Shown: piece by piece, positions 35,294 through 49,225 of the stretch
How the letters are laid out: the number at the start of each line of letters is the position of its first letter
Position numbering within the stretch: the stretch's first letter is position 1
NCBI GenBank assembly: GCA_002633005.1
Contig: NMRA01000043.1
Coordinates: forward strand, 1,263,924-1,327,923
Source: Phoronis australis
Taxonomy: Eukaryota; Animalia; Phoronida
DNA: 64,000 nucleotides
Direction: 5' to 3'
Program-made: the position numbers and the translations under genes
The notes under the pieces: model-generated
What the model was told of the DNA's origin: nothing
What the model saw: only the letters and a program-made list of their open reading frames with translations
Databases searched by the model: none

Positions 35294-38200
35294 TTACTGA
35301 GACATGTCGTACAGCTGATTTGTGACTAACACAGGAGTACGCACTTCATGCTCGGCTCCCCTGGGCTCAGCACTCTCGTATAAATCATTTCTGACCATCT
35401 CTACAGGTCCAGTAGTCACTGCATCCTCAACAGTCTCACCCTCGGCTGCTTCGTCGTAAGACGGCGGTAGACCAGGAGGAAAGTAAGTGGGTGGCGGAGT
35501 GTTGGGAACAGCATATTGGTTAACTTGAGGTACAGCATATTCACTGTCACATCTCGCTAGCTCTGCTGCCTCATTTTTCTTATTGGCACTGGTGTCGCGG
35601 CTCAACAGAGAACAGTTACTGTAAGTGTTGTGAGTGGGTGAGGCAAGCGGTGCTGCTTCAGCTCCGCCCACTTCTGTGTACTCTGTCTCGTTGATATCAC
35701 TGTATACGTTGATATCCGTCCTCTGGTCTGTGTACTGATTATTGTGAAATGAGACCGTCTGCTCCTCACAGGCGTGCTTTTTTCTCCTAAAAACACAAAT
35801 GCATGACTGAGAGAACACTGTCAAAGGTCAAAGCAACGTGCTGCCACCTATGGTTATTTTTGTTACTATGACTGCTTGAATAACCAGATTTTATCTAGCA
35901 AAAGAGTTTCACCACAGTTTTGTAAAGATAACAGTTTGTAACTGGGTGGAACTCCTTTTCAAAGGCTTTAACTATGCAAGTTGGAATGTATTTGCTCTGT
36001 CAAATGGAGTTTAACTGTTGTTTCTGTGATATGATATTCTACTCAAATACGATCTTGGAGCTGGCAGTGAATGGCGCTTCATACAATGTATTTGCCCAGC
36101 TGATAACTAAAATGTTCCTGACATGTTGAATTTTTGTAACGTAATAAATTTTATGTCCTGACGTGTTAAAGTTTGGTCCTTCCATGACAAACTATAGGTC
36201 CTGGCGAGATAAATTTTGGTTTTGAGCATATTTTTGGTCCTGCAGAAAATAAATTCTTGAAAAGAAAATTTGTATCCCTGAATATTTTCCGCTTTGGCTT
36301 TCCATATATAATGTCCCTTCCAGCCATTGGCAGAATAATTCTTCAACCTGGCGGAACAACACATCCTCAGAATACAGTTTCTCATGTACTAACAGCATTT
36401 ACTCCCATCGACATAAAATAATTAGAAATGACAAACCGTTATTTCCACATTTTTGCCCTGTAATTAATTATGTGGAATTTTCTCTCCTAGAATTAGACAG
36501 CGATGCAGAGACACCAAGCAACTCTGTTTTGACAGGTTGACAGACAGGGTATTGAGGAACCATCTTGATCAAGAACATCAACATGGGCAATAGTTTGTAA
36601 TCCAATTATCATTGATTACTGAGAGATTTTGGCCTCAACGGCAGCCAAAAATAACAAAGTTTCTCAAAATACCTAATAAAGGCCTGATAAACTTTGGAAA
36701 AATACAAAAACCCCTATAATGAGATATACCAGGCACTTGGAAAACCACCTCTGCCACCACAAGCCACAGGCCATGATGACAAACGGACTGGACTAGACAT
36801 GACCACAATCATACACTAACAGGTGACTGAACTAGGCACAACCACAAACAGGAGAGTCTTACCTCCTCCTACATACAAACAAGATCAAGACGACCGCCAA
36901 GACCAGCAGTATCCCCAGTCCAATACCAATGCCTAATCCAGTCGCTGTGTTTGTGTTTCCAGAATGGCCTTCAGAATCTTTGATCTTGGCAGCCTCAGCG
37001 GCTGTGGACAAACAACAGGTAAATTAAGACAGTGCACAATGTCTATGGTTGATAGTTAAATCATATGTAAGAAAGTTTTCTAGTAGTACTAGTAGGTGCC
37101 ACAAGTAGATGTACTACTAGTACTAGGTAACTACAGAATGAACAACTGTACTGCTTGCAATTGTGTGTAGAAAACATTAAAACAATACATAGTTCCGGCA
37201 ATCTAACTTGCTTTTAAAATTTCCATGTTTTAAATTTCCTCAAAACTCAAACGTTATTAATAAGCATCACATACTATCAAATCGCATTTTTGAAGAAACA
37301 TGGATTTAGATATGAAAGAGTTCACCAATGCTAAAAGTTGCACAAAAAGTTGCAGATAAATGTAAGTTGCACCGAGGATTGAAATGAGCTCAAATTAATA
37401 TGTTAAGTTATGCTAAGCACATGTGCAAAATGCAACACACCCTTAATGGCAAGCTGTTCAATAACTAAGCAGAAATAGTGTGCATAGAAGTAAAACTACG
37501 AGTTGAAATTATTGACTTTGAACAAGGATACAACACACAGACACACTAATGATAATGAAATGATATCACCGAGTAGCACTACAGTGATCCATCCTTAAAT
37601 TGCTGGATTGCAACATCACAAGAAAAAGACAGTCATGCAGGTCTCAACAAGACATGCTTTGCAATGACCATGAACTCATCATATATGAGACCAAGTTTCC
37701 TGGAACTCAAAACACACACAAATACCAAAATGTCCACACTTTTATGACTAAACACCTGTTCTTTCCAGATCATAACTGAAAACTGATAAATGATAAAAGT
37801 GACAATTAAGTAATGGCAGTGAACAGTGACTGTGTAGTGCTCTAAACATTCACTTAAGTCACCCCATGAGTCACTGTAGGAAGTACTTCAGGAATGACTC
37901 CAGGACTCCCTCTAAGAATCAATCCAGCAGTCACTGTAGGAGTCATCCAAGAGTCATTCCAAGAGTCACTCTAGGAGTTGGTGCGTAAGACAGAAGAGTG
38001 TACAAGACAACATTAGGCATCACCACACCGAAAGTTACAACATGCCGGTTACTATGGTTACCTTTAATTTAGTACAGGTGTAAACCAACTAAAATAAAGG
38101 AGGCATTGTGCATGAAAAGTCAAGAGAAGCTGGAGTTAATAAAGGTTGTCGTTAAAAGTACAGCTATAAGGTTCAGTCAGTGATGTGCTGGTCAAAAGGT

Positions 38201-41200
38201 CCAGAGATAGGGACAGATTGATATTAGATCTCTTAGTCTCTAGGAATGCCTCAAATAAAATGAAACAAACAAATCGTCAAAACAGAAACTGTACAGACAA
38301 TACATGCTGCTGAGAGTTAGGGATTATTCCTATCGCGCAAGTCACTTCAAATTAATTCTAGGTGCAAAATGACAGCAAGACGAGGGCAGTGTGCACTTAA
38401 GGACTAATTACAAAAAATAAGAACAAACTTAAGCCACTCTAACTCAAAACAAGGCAATCTTATTGTGATAAGATTGAAAGCTCACAAATTACCATGAATT
38501 GCCAATTTTTCATCTGATTCAGTAATTGTTGGGTTGCTAGTCAGACTACCACCGAGCTGAACCTTGTCGGTAAGCAAAATAGAGGCAGTGGTAGTAGTAG
38601 TAGTTTTCAGAGTTGTGGAAGTTGTAGAGGGGCTCATTGTGGGTCTCTTAGTTGGCGGGGGTCGCGTGGTTGTGGTTGTAGTAGTTGTAGTTGTGGTAGT
38701 GCGAGGACCCATATCTGTAAAAAACCCAGACGAAGAAATGTGTTAGTAAAAACATGGGTCCCAAAAATGAGCGAGCGGGCAGGTATGACAAGATCTTGTA
38801 AGACTGCATTAGTCCTCTGACTTTGAAATATGAGGTCAATGACTGGATTACACAAGTTAAGCTGAAAAATGTCCTAAAACAGTTTCCTTTGCTGACAAAA
38901 TTTGGGTCTAATGTCTTTGCATTATGGGTGCTAAGTGGACACAAATGCATTACTTTTGTAACAGGCACAAACTGATCACAAGGCTAAACATTCCAGAATT
39001 TGAACATTTCTATGGACGACTTCTCATGACTGCTTTAGTAAGTAAACACAAGTGTGTACATGGTCCTCTGCCTGTCCTCTACCTTTTTTCTATAAATAGC
39101 CATAACACCACAAGTTCACAAGGACAGGAGACTGAGAAACATACTGGATCAGACTTTTCTGTTTCGTCTGGGACGAAGTGCCCATTACTTTATGACATGG
39201 ATATACAGATATGGACCAAAAGGCCAGTACACACATCATCACTTTTTATTGGTGATATATGGCTGTGTGTTGGAACTGAAGCACCTCACAGCAAACTAAC
39301 AGAGCCCATACAATGTCATGTTCAACTACAATCTGACTTGCTCCACAATTGAAAATTTAATTTTTTAACAAAATAAGAAACCCTATTTGTTGACTTAGAC
39401 CACGGCCATTCCAAATAGACAGTAATCAGCATTAAGCGCACACCAAAGAAAAAGGCTTAACAAGATGTCACATGATGCGACAAGTTGTCACATGATACTA
39501 CAAGACATCTTTCAATCAAATGTATTTTATTACTCAACAACTTCTGCTTTGAACTGCTATGAACAGTCAAAATGATTTTTCATCTACGTTATTGCCGACG
39601 ATACAAGTCCTATCAATCCACTGATTGTGAATGTCACTGCTGAACACTGCAAGTGCACTATGACGCAGAGTAACATGAGTACCAACTTGTTTCCTAAAAC
39701 CAGTAGATTAGAGGTGCTTTGATTTGTTAACAATACAGCTACATTAACAGGGTGCAATAATCCAACAGAGTGCACTGTTAACTAACAAAAGTACAAAGTC
39801 ACATGAACATGAAGATGACAATAAAACTACAAACAGGTCACTTTGGTGTAAGAACACTGCCTAACATGATCCTTTACTGCAATGGCACATTTGGGAGGGG
39901 GGGGGGNTGAAATACAGCCATGGACAAAAAACACAAAACTGCCACAAAGAAACACCACAGTAGTCGGAGGCTAATTTGAAAATCATCCATAGAGTGGTTT
40001 GGCCAATAGAAAGGCAGACACCAAAATAGACTCGAAAATTATAAAAACGGCTACTAGGTGAGGCAGAGTAAGTCGAATCTATTTGAAAATGAGAATGTGG
40101 CGTCATCTCCTCAATAGACACCTGCTAGATTTCATAAAAACCCATCAAGGAAACTAAAATTGCCTGAAAGAGGCACACTTGTAGTCGGATCAGTTCGAGA
40201 CTTCGCTCATGCAGTCCTGTCCACTAAATTTCATAGACATCCATCAAGGGATTTGGAGATACAGCAGTGGACAACAGACACGAGACAGACGGACGGATAG
40301 AAAACCCACCCGAGACGAGCGAAAATGATGACGTGTAATTTTTTGGCAAATCATGGCATTTCAACTTTGCTTTTACCCCTTTGAGCAGTTTTTGAGAAAA
40401 ACACAAAACCTTGGATGAAATTGATACGAACAGATGTTACTTTTAGTCCGTGAGCACAGATCTCAAAAAGAGGCAGATTTCAAAAAGAGGCAGATCTCAA
40501 AAAGAGGCAGCCTAGAGATCACAATCCGCTTTGTCCTTTTTGACATAACAGTCACTCAACACTGATATAAATTCTTAACTACTAGCATGGGCAAATAAGT
40601 TCTAATAAATCATATATGGATATGAATCACCACTCAAAAATGCAAAAACAAAAATTAGCTGATTTCTTAATATCCAGAAAAATGCCAGGTTCAAACATAG
40701 CACTATTTAAGCAAATACTACTCAGCTAGGAACAATCCAAGCCAACAAAAGGATTGAGGTCATATCCCACTGCGGGATAGTTTCAGTTTCAAAACCCTAG
40801 GGTAATGAATGGCTCACCTGATCACACACAAAGACACAAATATATGGACAGACAACCACTGGCTCTCTAATGATCAGCAGCTCTCAATACATAGATTAGT
40901 CTATAGTAACACAGTTACTTCATTGTCTTGTCTGACATGTGCCAAGATTCATTTACTTAAAATTCAGTCCTACTATTAAAACGATGGCAATTCATCTCAG
41001 ACTTATGGTCATCTTAAACTACGCAGCGCAGCGTACAGAGAATGATGCCTCAAAATTATATTCTCTCGAGTTCTGAACAGTTGAAGAGACAGCAAAATTA
41101 GCACAGGCTGGAAATTTTTAGATTCAGTAAAATATCATAATTGTAGACAGGAAAATTGTAGAAATGTTTATACTAGTTTGGGATGGAGTAATGGTACAGA

Positions 41201-44200
41201 CTGAACAGTTGTAGAAATTAAATATATGAAGCTGTACCGGCACTCTGTAGTTGTAGTTGATGCCTGCATTTGAGTAGCTCAATACGGGAAATACAAGTTA
41301 AAAAAGACATATCAAAATTCTAGGACTAATCTGCCATACTTTGATGTCGTCAAAGTCGTTGAAAAGGCAAACCGTTAACAAATATAAAGCCTCATGTAGA
41401 CTGTAAAACAAGTTGAAATTTGTAAAAATATACAATTGTTCACAACTCCAGAGTAACTATGCTTACTGAACCCGTGCAGGCTAACTACAGTACAAACTTT
41501 ACGTACTGAACAAAGTACATGCATCGTTCACATTAACTACAGTACAAACTGTACTTGCTGAACTTGTGCAGGGTATTATTCACACTAATTCACACTAACT
41601 ACAAAACATATACTTACTGAACTGACAAATGTAGAAGTGAGTTGGTAAGTGACAATTGCGATCTCTCCACTTGTAGTTGTCTCCACGGCGAAGAGAAGCA
41701 CAGTCATCTGTGTAGTCCTCGATACTCAAAAAGCCCGCTGCAGGTTCACCCTCTGCCCAGTTCATGTAGGGATCAGGATATCCTTTCCACTTATCAGCCC
41801 TTGTACCTACAATCACCAACAGTGGAGGATGAACCACTACTGGAAATTCTGTGGATAATTCACAGATGCAGAGAAAAGGTTTAACTTCTCACAGGTATGT
41901 CCATTTTACTGCACAGTGAGATGACCAGTGCATTCACCATGTGATCAGTGTGAAACAGTGAAAGTCACAAGAGAAAATATGCTGCTGGCTCCTACATGGA
42001 ATGAATAACAGATACACTCAGTGTCTACAACTTCTCCATTTCATGTTTAACAATCAATGTGCCTGACTAGTAAATACTGATGGAATCTCCGTGTATATGA
42101 ACAGCACAAGATACATCTTATTTTCGCTAATCTGTGAAGAAATGCTCAGCATGTGACAAAATTGCGATTAAGACACGGATAAAGTTCAACATTACTGAAT
42201 CTACCAAACTGACAAAGGCGCACGTTTCTCTTCCGTGAATGCACCCCATGTGTATTATGCAGATAACTCACCTGAAGCTAACCATGTCCAGACCCCACTG
42301 TTCCCTGTCCAATGACTGTTATCTGTGAAACCGATCCAGATTCCATTCTTATCCTTCCAAGTGTCCAAAGACCTTATGGTGGACACCAAGAAGTTCTGAG
42401 TGTCTGCATTTAGAATTTCAACGGGATTACCACCAGACATAGACTGACACCGTTTGAAGGCAGAGTCCCCTGTTACCTCTGTAGGCACAAACAGATAGCA
42501 CCGGTCACCGAATATCCTTTTTTCCCCAGTGGCCTCTTTAAATGAAGTTGGGCACCTATAGAAGTCATCGCCTACAACAAAAGGTGACAGTTTAATTCTC
42601 GAGACCAAGATAGTTCTGAGACGAAGTTTTACAACACTCGTCACCTACAATGATCACAATAAAAAATTGCAGATAGCCCGATGCTTGAATTGCATGCTAC
42701 CGTAGAATCACACCAGTCGGACCCAACAGCACAAAATACCTGATTTAGAAATCATGAGAGCTCTCTTATGTATGCATAGTTATTATACTCTTCATGACAG
42801 AGATTTCAGATGTTCATAGCCACATACTGTTAACCCTGCTCCCCATATAAACCAAGTCACTGTCCACTAAAAGATAGAACCTACACCCACAACTATTTCT
42901 ACTGTCCTGTCCTTTCACATCTCATACTAACACCCAGAAGGATCAGTGATTCCCAGACCAAGTTTGGTCACTCTCACTTCTGCTCAAACTCTTAGCGCAT
43001 GCGATTGCCTCAGAACAAGAATTCCCTTGCTGCCATCGCTTATTCTTTATGCCACGTTGAAGAATCTGTATTTGCATCCTCGTAACTGTGCTAATGTATA
43101 GCAGGAACTAAACGACAATACTATTTGAACATCACCTACGCTAAACAAAGTGCAGTTGTAATCATTGGCAACTTTATATGAAAACAAAAATTTCAGCAAA
43201 TGTACCTTGGGGCTCACGCAGCCCCTATCATGCAGTGCTATTCCCCAAATCCACGTCAAGATACTTAGTGGATACGACTGAGCGATTTACGGCAAATCAT
43301 TTTCGACAAAAAACTCGTTCTTAAAAACATTTGGCAATTCTGAACCTACTTTTTATTCACATAGATTATATGTTGTGTTCCCAACTAATTTGACAAGCAA
43401 CCACAGAGATAAGGAATCAGCAAGCAAGCTCTACTTAGTGCTTGATCCTAAAACTTAAACAGTGAGTGTCCAAATCCAGAATATTGTACGGTGAATACCC
43501 ACAGCAGCAACTGTGTAGTGAGTGTCCACTGATTGGTAACTGATCTAAGCCTGGTGGAAGATTTGATTTGAGTGACAGCTCAATAACCTTTGACCTCCGA
43601 TTAGTAGTTCCAAGCAGTTGAAGGTTCTAAGGTGGTTCTGCTAAATACTTTTTTTTAGCGAACTGCACCGCATAATCTAGTATTTGAAATTCCCCAAGAA
43701 CGAGGATAAGGAATCTTGCTAAGCATATGTGACATATTGTAAAAACGGTCAACTTTTAGGGATAAAGTTCGAGATATTTTTAAACATCCTAACTTTACTT
43801 GATGAGCGAAAAAATCCTAACCTTGCTTGATGACCTGGAACATCCAACTTTGCTTGATAGCCTAAAGTATCCTACCTTTGCTGGATGACCTAAAATTATT
43901 AACTTTCCTTGATGACTTCAACATCCTAATTTTCCTTGATGGTCTATAAAATATTCTGACCTTCCTTCATGGCTTCAACACCCTAACTTTAAATGAGGAC
44001 CTAAGAGATCTAACTTTGCCTGAGGACTTGAAATACTTAATTCTAAAAGTCAATATACAAAGAGCAGCAAGGAGCCAAGTTTCAGATCTTTGGTTTATAT
44101 CAAACAATACAGATATTGAACAGTTCCCTTTTAAAAGAACGTTCCCCAAGTTTTAATTTTCAATTTTGTTATCTCCATTTTACGAGGGTAAATAAAAAAT

Positions 44201-46852
44201 GGAGACAAAGCTTTGTGGCTCAAGAAATAAATAAGTCTGCAAAAATTCATGCGAATGATCGACGAATGTGCTAAAGACATGATCAGCCAGTGATACGAGC
44301 ACTGAAAATCACCAGTTATGAAAACAGTCAACTTGGAACATACAGAGGGAAGCACTAGGTGGCGCAGAATACATCGAATCCATCCAAATACAAGACGGCA
44401 GATCTCTATAACAGTGCATATTTGCTATTTAATTTTATGAAAATCCATCACGGAGATACGAAAATGCAGAAGCAAGTGCAAAAAAAATAAAATAGCGACA
44501 AGGAGTCACACACTTACTCGAGATTTGTTCGAAAATTGCAGAACACGGTACTACTCGCACGACACAACCCTGAATAGTAGGTAATAACAATGCAGATGTC
44601 CAATTATAATGTGATATTACACGCATAGTCTTTCAGCCCTGGGAGTCTGTGACACCACTTCCAATGGCATCAAAAAATAAAACTATAAACTTGAAAGTGT
44701 CCCCTATGTCAGGTTGTGGATGAGCACCAGACAACAAACAAGCCTACTTTTTACCTGAGTGACCTAATGAGACTGTAGGCAGCCCAGTAACACTCATTTG
44801 TTAACGTCATTTTACAATAACTATCTCAAAGACAACCTGGAAGTCTTTTTAAAATGTTTATACAGCTAACATATTTTTCTGGTCTCTCATATTTTCATAG
44901 TGAAACCTTCTCTGGCTGTTCTGCAATCATTTTTTAATAATTCATAAAACATGTTTCATTAGAAACAAACTTCCAACAGCAGGAAATGTGCAGAGTGGAA
45001 CCTGGCATGACCAGACAGGACATACCACTTAAAATACATCAGGATATAATCAAGTTACAAAGGTCCAGGACAAGTTCTTGTAGACAATCACAAGATCACA
45101 GGACAGAGTTATTACAGCCCAGATCACTTCCAGATGAAAGGATATCACCACATGACCACAAGAGCCATAAGGTCATCCTGGAATACACAGCGATAGAACT
45201 CTCCTTTGTCCTGGAGATAAAAAACCATGTGACATTGTTTTGGAAATTAGCTATTTACTCTCATTGATGCCGGGAAGGAGAAGAATTTCACTTCACGCAT
45301 CCAATGATATTTCTCCAGTTCATCAAACTTTTTCAAGTCGGAGTTGGAGTCCACAGCACAGCAGCAATAGTTCGTTGGCATTGGAAGGACGAACAGAGTA
45401 ATGCAACTTTGAAAAACTTGTAAAGAATCAGACAACAACAAATAACATGTGAAACTTCAGTGACATGAACACGAAGCAGCAAATGTGCCTGACAGATGTT
45501 TACAGCATTGTAGGTAAATACAGCAGGTAATCGCTGTGTAATCTAGGATGGACCTGTTAGAGTGTACCCAGTATGTACAGGAATTGATTTCTGGTGATCT
45601 GCACTCTAAATTGAACTGGATATTAAAGGCACTGACCAAAACTGATTTAAACCAAACAATCATGCCACAGTGAGCACAATATGAACCACCAAACTTGCAC
45701 TCTGAAAATGTTCCACACGAAACAAAAAAATGGCCTAACAAAATCCAGTTAGCTCAAACACTCAAGGCACCACAAAAAAACTCCTGCAGTTCAGTATATG
45801 CCACATGCCAGTAATAAATGGCCAACGACAAAAAACCCTCCAGAATATGCCTGCTCTAAATTTGTGCTAGTCCAGGGTACTACAATAACATCAACAGGTC
45901 CACTGGTATGTCCTGAGTCACATGAAATTTGGTTGTGCTATCTCACATGTTTGAGCAGGCTCAGTTTAGACGGGATCCTTTCTGTGTTTCCTACCAGCCA
46001 TTTCTAGCAATTTTTCAGTCTGCTCATAGGTCACTTGTTGCTCACTGTGGCCTGATTTTTCAATCCTAAATCAGTCTTGGCCATCACCTCAAATACCTGA
46101 TCCAGCTCACATTTGAAGGTTTCTGGCAGTCAAAGGCCATTTGGTGGTCTCTAGGATATACTGAATCATACAGAATTGGTTTTTGTATCACCTCCAATGT
46201 TTGAGCTAGCTCAGTTTTGGGGAGAAATTTTTGTGTTTCTGCCATTTTCAGAGTGCAATTTTCAGTCACGGGTTACTCCATACTCATCTTAAGTTGGTTT
46301 TGTCCGTACCTCCAATATCTAATTTAAATGACAATTTCAACAGCATTTTTGGGTGTTCTGGTAGAGCCAATCTGAGTCAAAGGCATTGTTACCCATTAGT
46401 GGTATGTACTGAGTCGTTTGGAACTCTTTCTGGTACCTTGAATGTTTGAACCATAACACTTTTGGAGGCCATTTTTGATTTTCTGGAAAGCTCATCAAAG
46501 AGTGTGCATTTGCTGTGATTGGTGATTAGGCGCAACATTGCTCATTCTAAATCCATGTTGGCCAGTACCCCCAATACTTAATTTAGCCCATATTTTCAAC
46601 AGCATCCCATGACAGATTTTTGGGGATTTCTGGTGGGCCCAACCCAACTTGCGTATTTTGTCTGTCAAAAGCCAAGTGGAATGTACTGAACCATATGGAA
46701 TTTTTTTTGCCTTCCCTCGAAAGATTAAATTCGAAAAATTCAGGAATGCAGAAAACTAGCAGAAAATAAAATTGATGTTTGAAAATACAGCTGTACTTAC
46801 AATAGACATGGATAATCAGCAGGACAAACAGACATACTGATGATTTCAGCAT
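35294..46852 (-). CDS. Type I transmembrane C-type lectin-domain receptor (signal peptide, CTLD, Thr-rich stalk, TM, Tyr-rich cytoplasmic tail; chondrolectin/layilin-like architecture)
   Basis: Exons 46801-46852 (MLKSSVCLFVLLIIHVY), 42272-42571 (CP...FGDRCYLF...AFKRC...GIWIGFTD...WTW), 41618-41806 (YMNWAEGEPA...DCASL...WRDRNC...FYICQF), 38493-38714 (poly-Thr), 36863-37001 (GLGIGIGLGILLVLAVVLILFVCRRR), 35294-35786 (tail). All splice phases are compatible; the signal-peptide exon is the least certain. Confidence 0.85.
40459..40510. repeat. 17-bp tandem repeat (GATCTCAAAAAGAGGCA)x3
   Basis: Direct reading. Confidence 0.85.
43780..44040. repeat. Degenerate ~28-bp tandem repeat (AACATCCTAACTTTGCTTGATGACCT..)
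   Basis: About 8-9 diverged copies. Confidence 0.7.
45600..46500. repeat. Old foldback-like repeat: a ~220-bp unit present once forward and 2-3 times reversed
   Basis: TTGCACTCTGAAAATG...GCTCAAACA...TTCAGTATAT at ~45695-45800 (+) matches ~46155-46260 and ~45900-46090 (-). Confidence 0.55.
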
Positions 46853-48819
46853 TTTGGCTACTACCTGAAAATGGAAAACATATTGAAAGCACTCCGAGGA
46901 GCGACACCTCATGCAACTGAGGGATCAAATGATGACTACAATTCAAGCTAAAGACAAAACAACATTCCGAAATCAAAAAATGGGCCATTTACATCTAGGC
47001 CACCACTAGACAGAAAGTGGCAGCATGATGCCCACAGCAGTCTTGTCTTGCCACTAAAATGGAACAAGGGAATTGTGGAAATAGTGAGTAAAAACACGAA
47101 TAAAACATCTTGGTGCAAACACTATGGCACAAATTAATATGTAAATATTGTTGTGTATGTCAAAAAACGAGACATTCTGATGTTCTGAGAGGGTGAACCT
47201 TCAAAAAGCAAAACAGACCCAAGAGCAGGACAGTCTCACCAAGAGTGAATGGTCCCACTTAGAGTGGCACGGTCCTCCCAAAAGGGTTGGCCAACTACAT
47301 CGGAACAAATAACACTGTTTCAATATTACTAGAACTGCATTCACTGTCATGAGAGGAATCAAACAATACTTGACATAAACAATAGCCCAATCCTATGCCC
47401 AGTATTGGCCACATGTTATAAACATTGGTTGTTAATATGTTTACTAACACCAACGGGTACACAATCTCTAGTTGTTCCACCAACCCTGCCCTCCTCATTG
47501 GTAACTTGTCAGCCAGCAGTTACCAATGGGAGCTGACAATAAATTTTGAATGGAAATATACCAGAAAGCCCAACAAGATTAAACTTATGTTTCAATAAAT
47601 TTTGTCATTTTTTTGATGTTCTTTGGTTCTTTATTCTTACAATTAGGTAAGTTAATACAATCCAAGGACCAGTGCAGTTTACTTGGCCACATGTTGAGAA
47701 TCGTTTGTTGACAGCCATGTTTTCTCATGGCCTTTGCACATTTAGGATAAAAACACTGAATGGAGTAAGATAACTGTAATTTAGCAGTGTACTATATTGT
47801 CGGATAACAGTATCCACACATTTCATGTCATTGGTTAAGTATACTTAGTTTAATCAATCAAAGAGTAAATTGGCTGTACAGTTCCATGACAGGATATGAC
47901 TACAGCATCCAAAAATGAACAGGAATGAAATTAGTAGGCCTACAGGCTACAGAGACTATTGGGAAGTGTTGGAGCCTCTCCTCTCGTCAGCCAGGCGAGG
48001 TTATTTGACGACATGGGAATATTGATAAAGAATTTGGTGAAGAATTCCAACTCCAATGTTTGGTTGCCTCGAACTTTTTCCCATGATGTAACACCAGTTT
48101 GGACTGGAGAATATGCCTGAAACATCCTCGAAATTGTAGGATGGAAGCACAAGTGAAATTTCATAGAATTTCATGTTTCATGGATATGATCCAAACGTTT
48201 AGTTCGAATAACCCAGTACCACTGGTTGGTTACATGAAAAACGAACCCATCATCTAGCGGGAGAAACTGGTTCTCTAAATGAGTCTAACTCATGTCCAAA
48301 ATGTAAAATCAGTGCCTAGATTGTCTCTCGATTCTAAGAAAAAAATAACCCTTACGGCCTTACGTATGATCAGTGACTGACACTCATGTCGTCAGTGACC
48401 TGGAAGTTCTGGAACTCACTGGCAGCTAGTCTAAACTATCCCGGGACGGGTTATTACGCAGCATTGAACAAAAATCCTTACCATTAGATCCTAGCACCTT
48501 TCAAAGTTCTCTCGACGAGATATGTATTCCAAACAGCTACTAAAGATGTATAAAACAAACCAGTTGTTTGTAAACACTCCGTCTCCGATGAGCAATAGCC
48601 TACGGTACTTCCCGGAAAATGAGTGGGTGAATCAAAACATGGAGTCCAATCAAACATTTTTGTTTTGTCACGTGACAATATCGCACGAGAGACATTCATG
48701 TCGAATCTGTCCGGCTGGTGAGTCATGCAAGACTCGCTGGTTCCCTGCGTGCCGCTAGGTGGGGCGGTAGGCGCGCCAGCAAGACCGGTTCATCAGTGAC
48801 GGTCATCTAGTGGGACCTA

Positions 48820-49225
48820 TGGCCGGTTACATGAAACACTGAGTTCCAAATAGGGACTCAACCAAGTTCCCAATGTCTTTTTGCGCATTTGTATCTTTAT
48901 GGACACACATGCAGATGCATCCTTATTATGAGCTCCTCTTTGATTAATGACATTTTCTAATAATTGAACAACTTTGAGCCCACACAGAGTTAGTTCCATT
49001 GAAAATAAATAGGGACTCACTCCTTAAGTTGGGGGTGCTGCATGAAAAGATCCCTATATATTTTCGATAATATTGACAGTTCAACATAGAATTCACTCTC
49101 GACTTGTATCAATTAAAGTCAAAAGTTGACTTAGTAATGAAACTAAAACAAGTCAAGAAAGGAAGGCCAAAAATACGCAGTGAGGGACATAGTTGAGTCT
49201 CTATATTTGGTACTGTTTCATGCCC
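48820..49225. mobile_element. MITE (PIF/Harbinger-like termini), copy 1
   Basis: Left GGCCGGTTACATGAAACA..CCAAATAGGGACTCAAC pairs with right GTTGAGTCTCTATATTTGG..TGTTTCATGC; the internal GCATGAAAAGATCCCTA...AATATTGACA segment is shared with 61603-62075. Confidence 0.6.

Noticed and set aside
40120-40320. Helentron/HINE-like repeat with GACAGACGGACGG microsatellite
   Set aside because: Resemblance only; no termini or hairpin could be defined.
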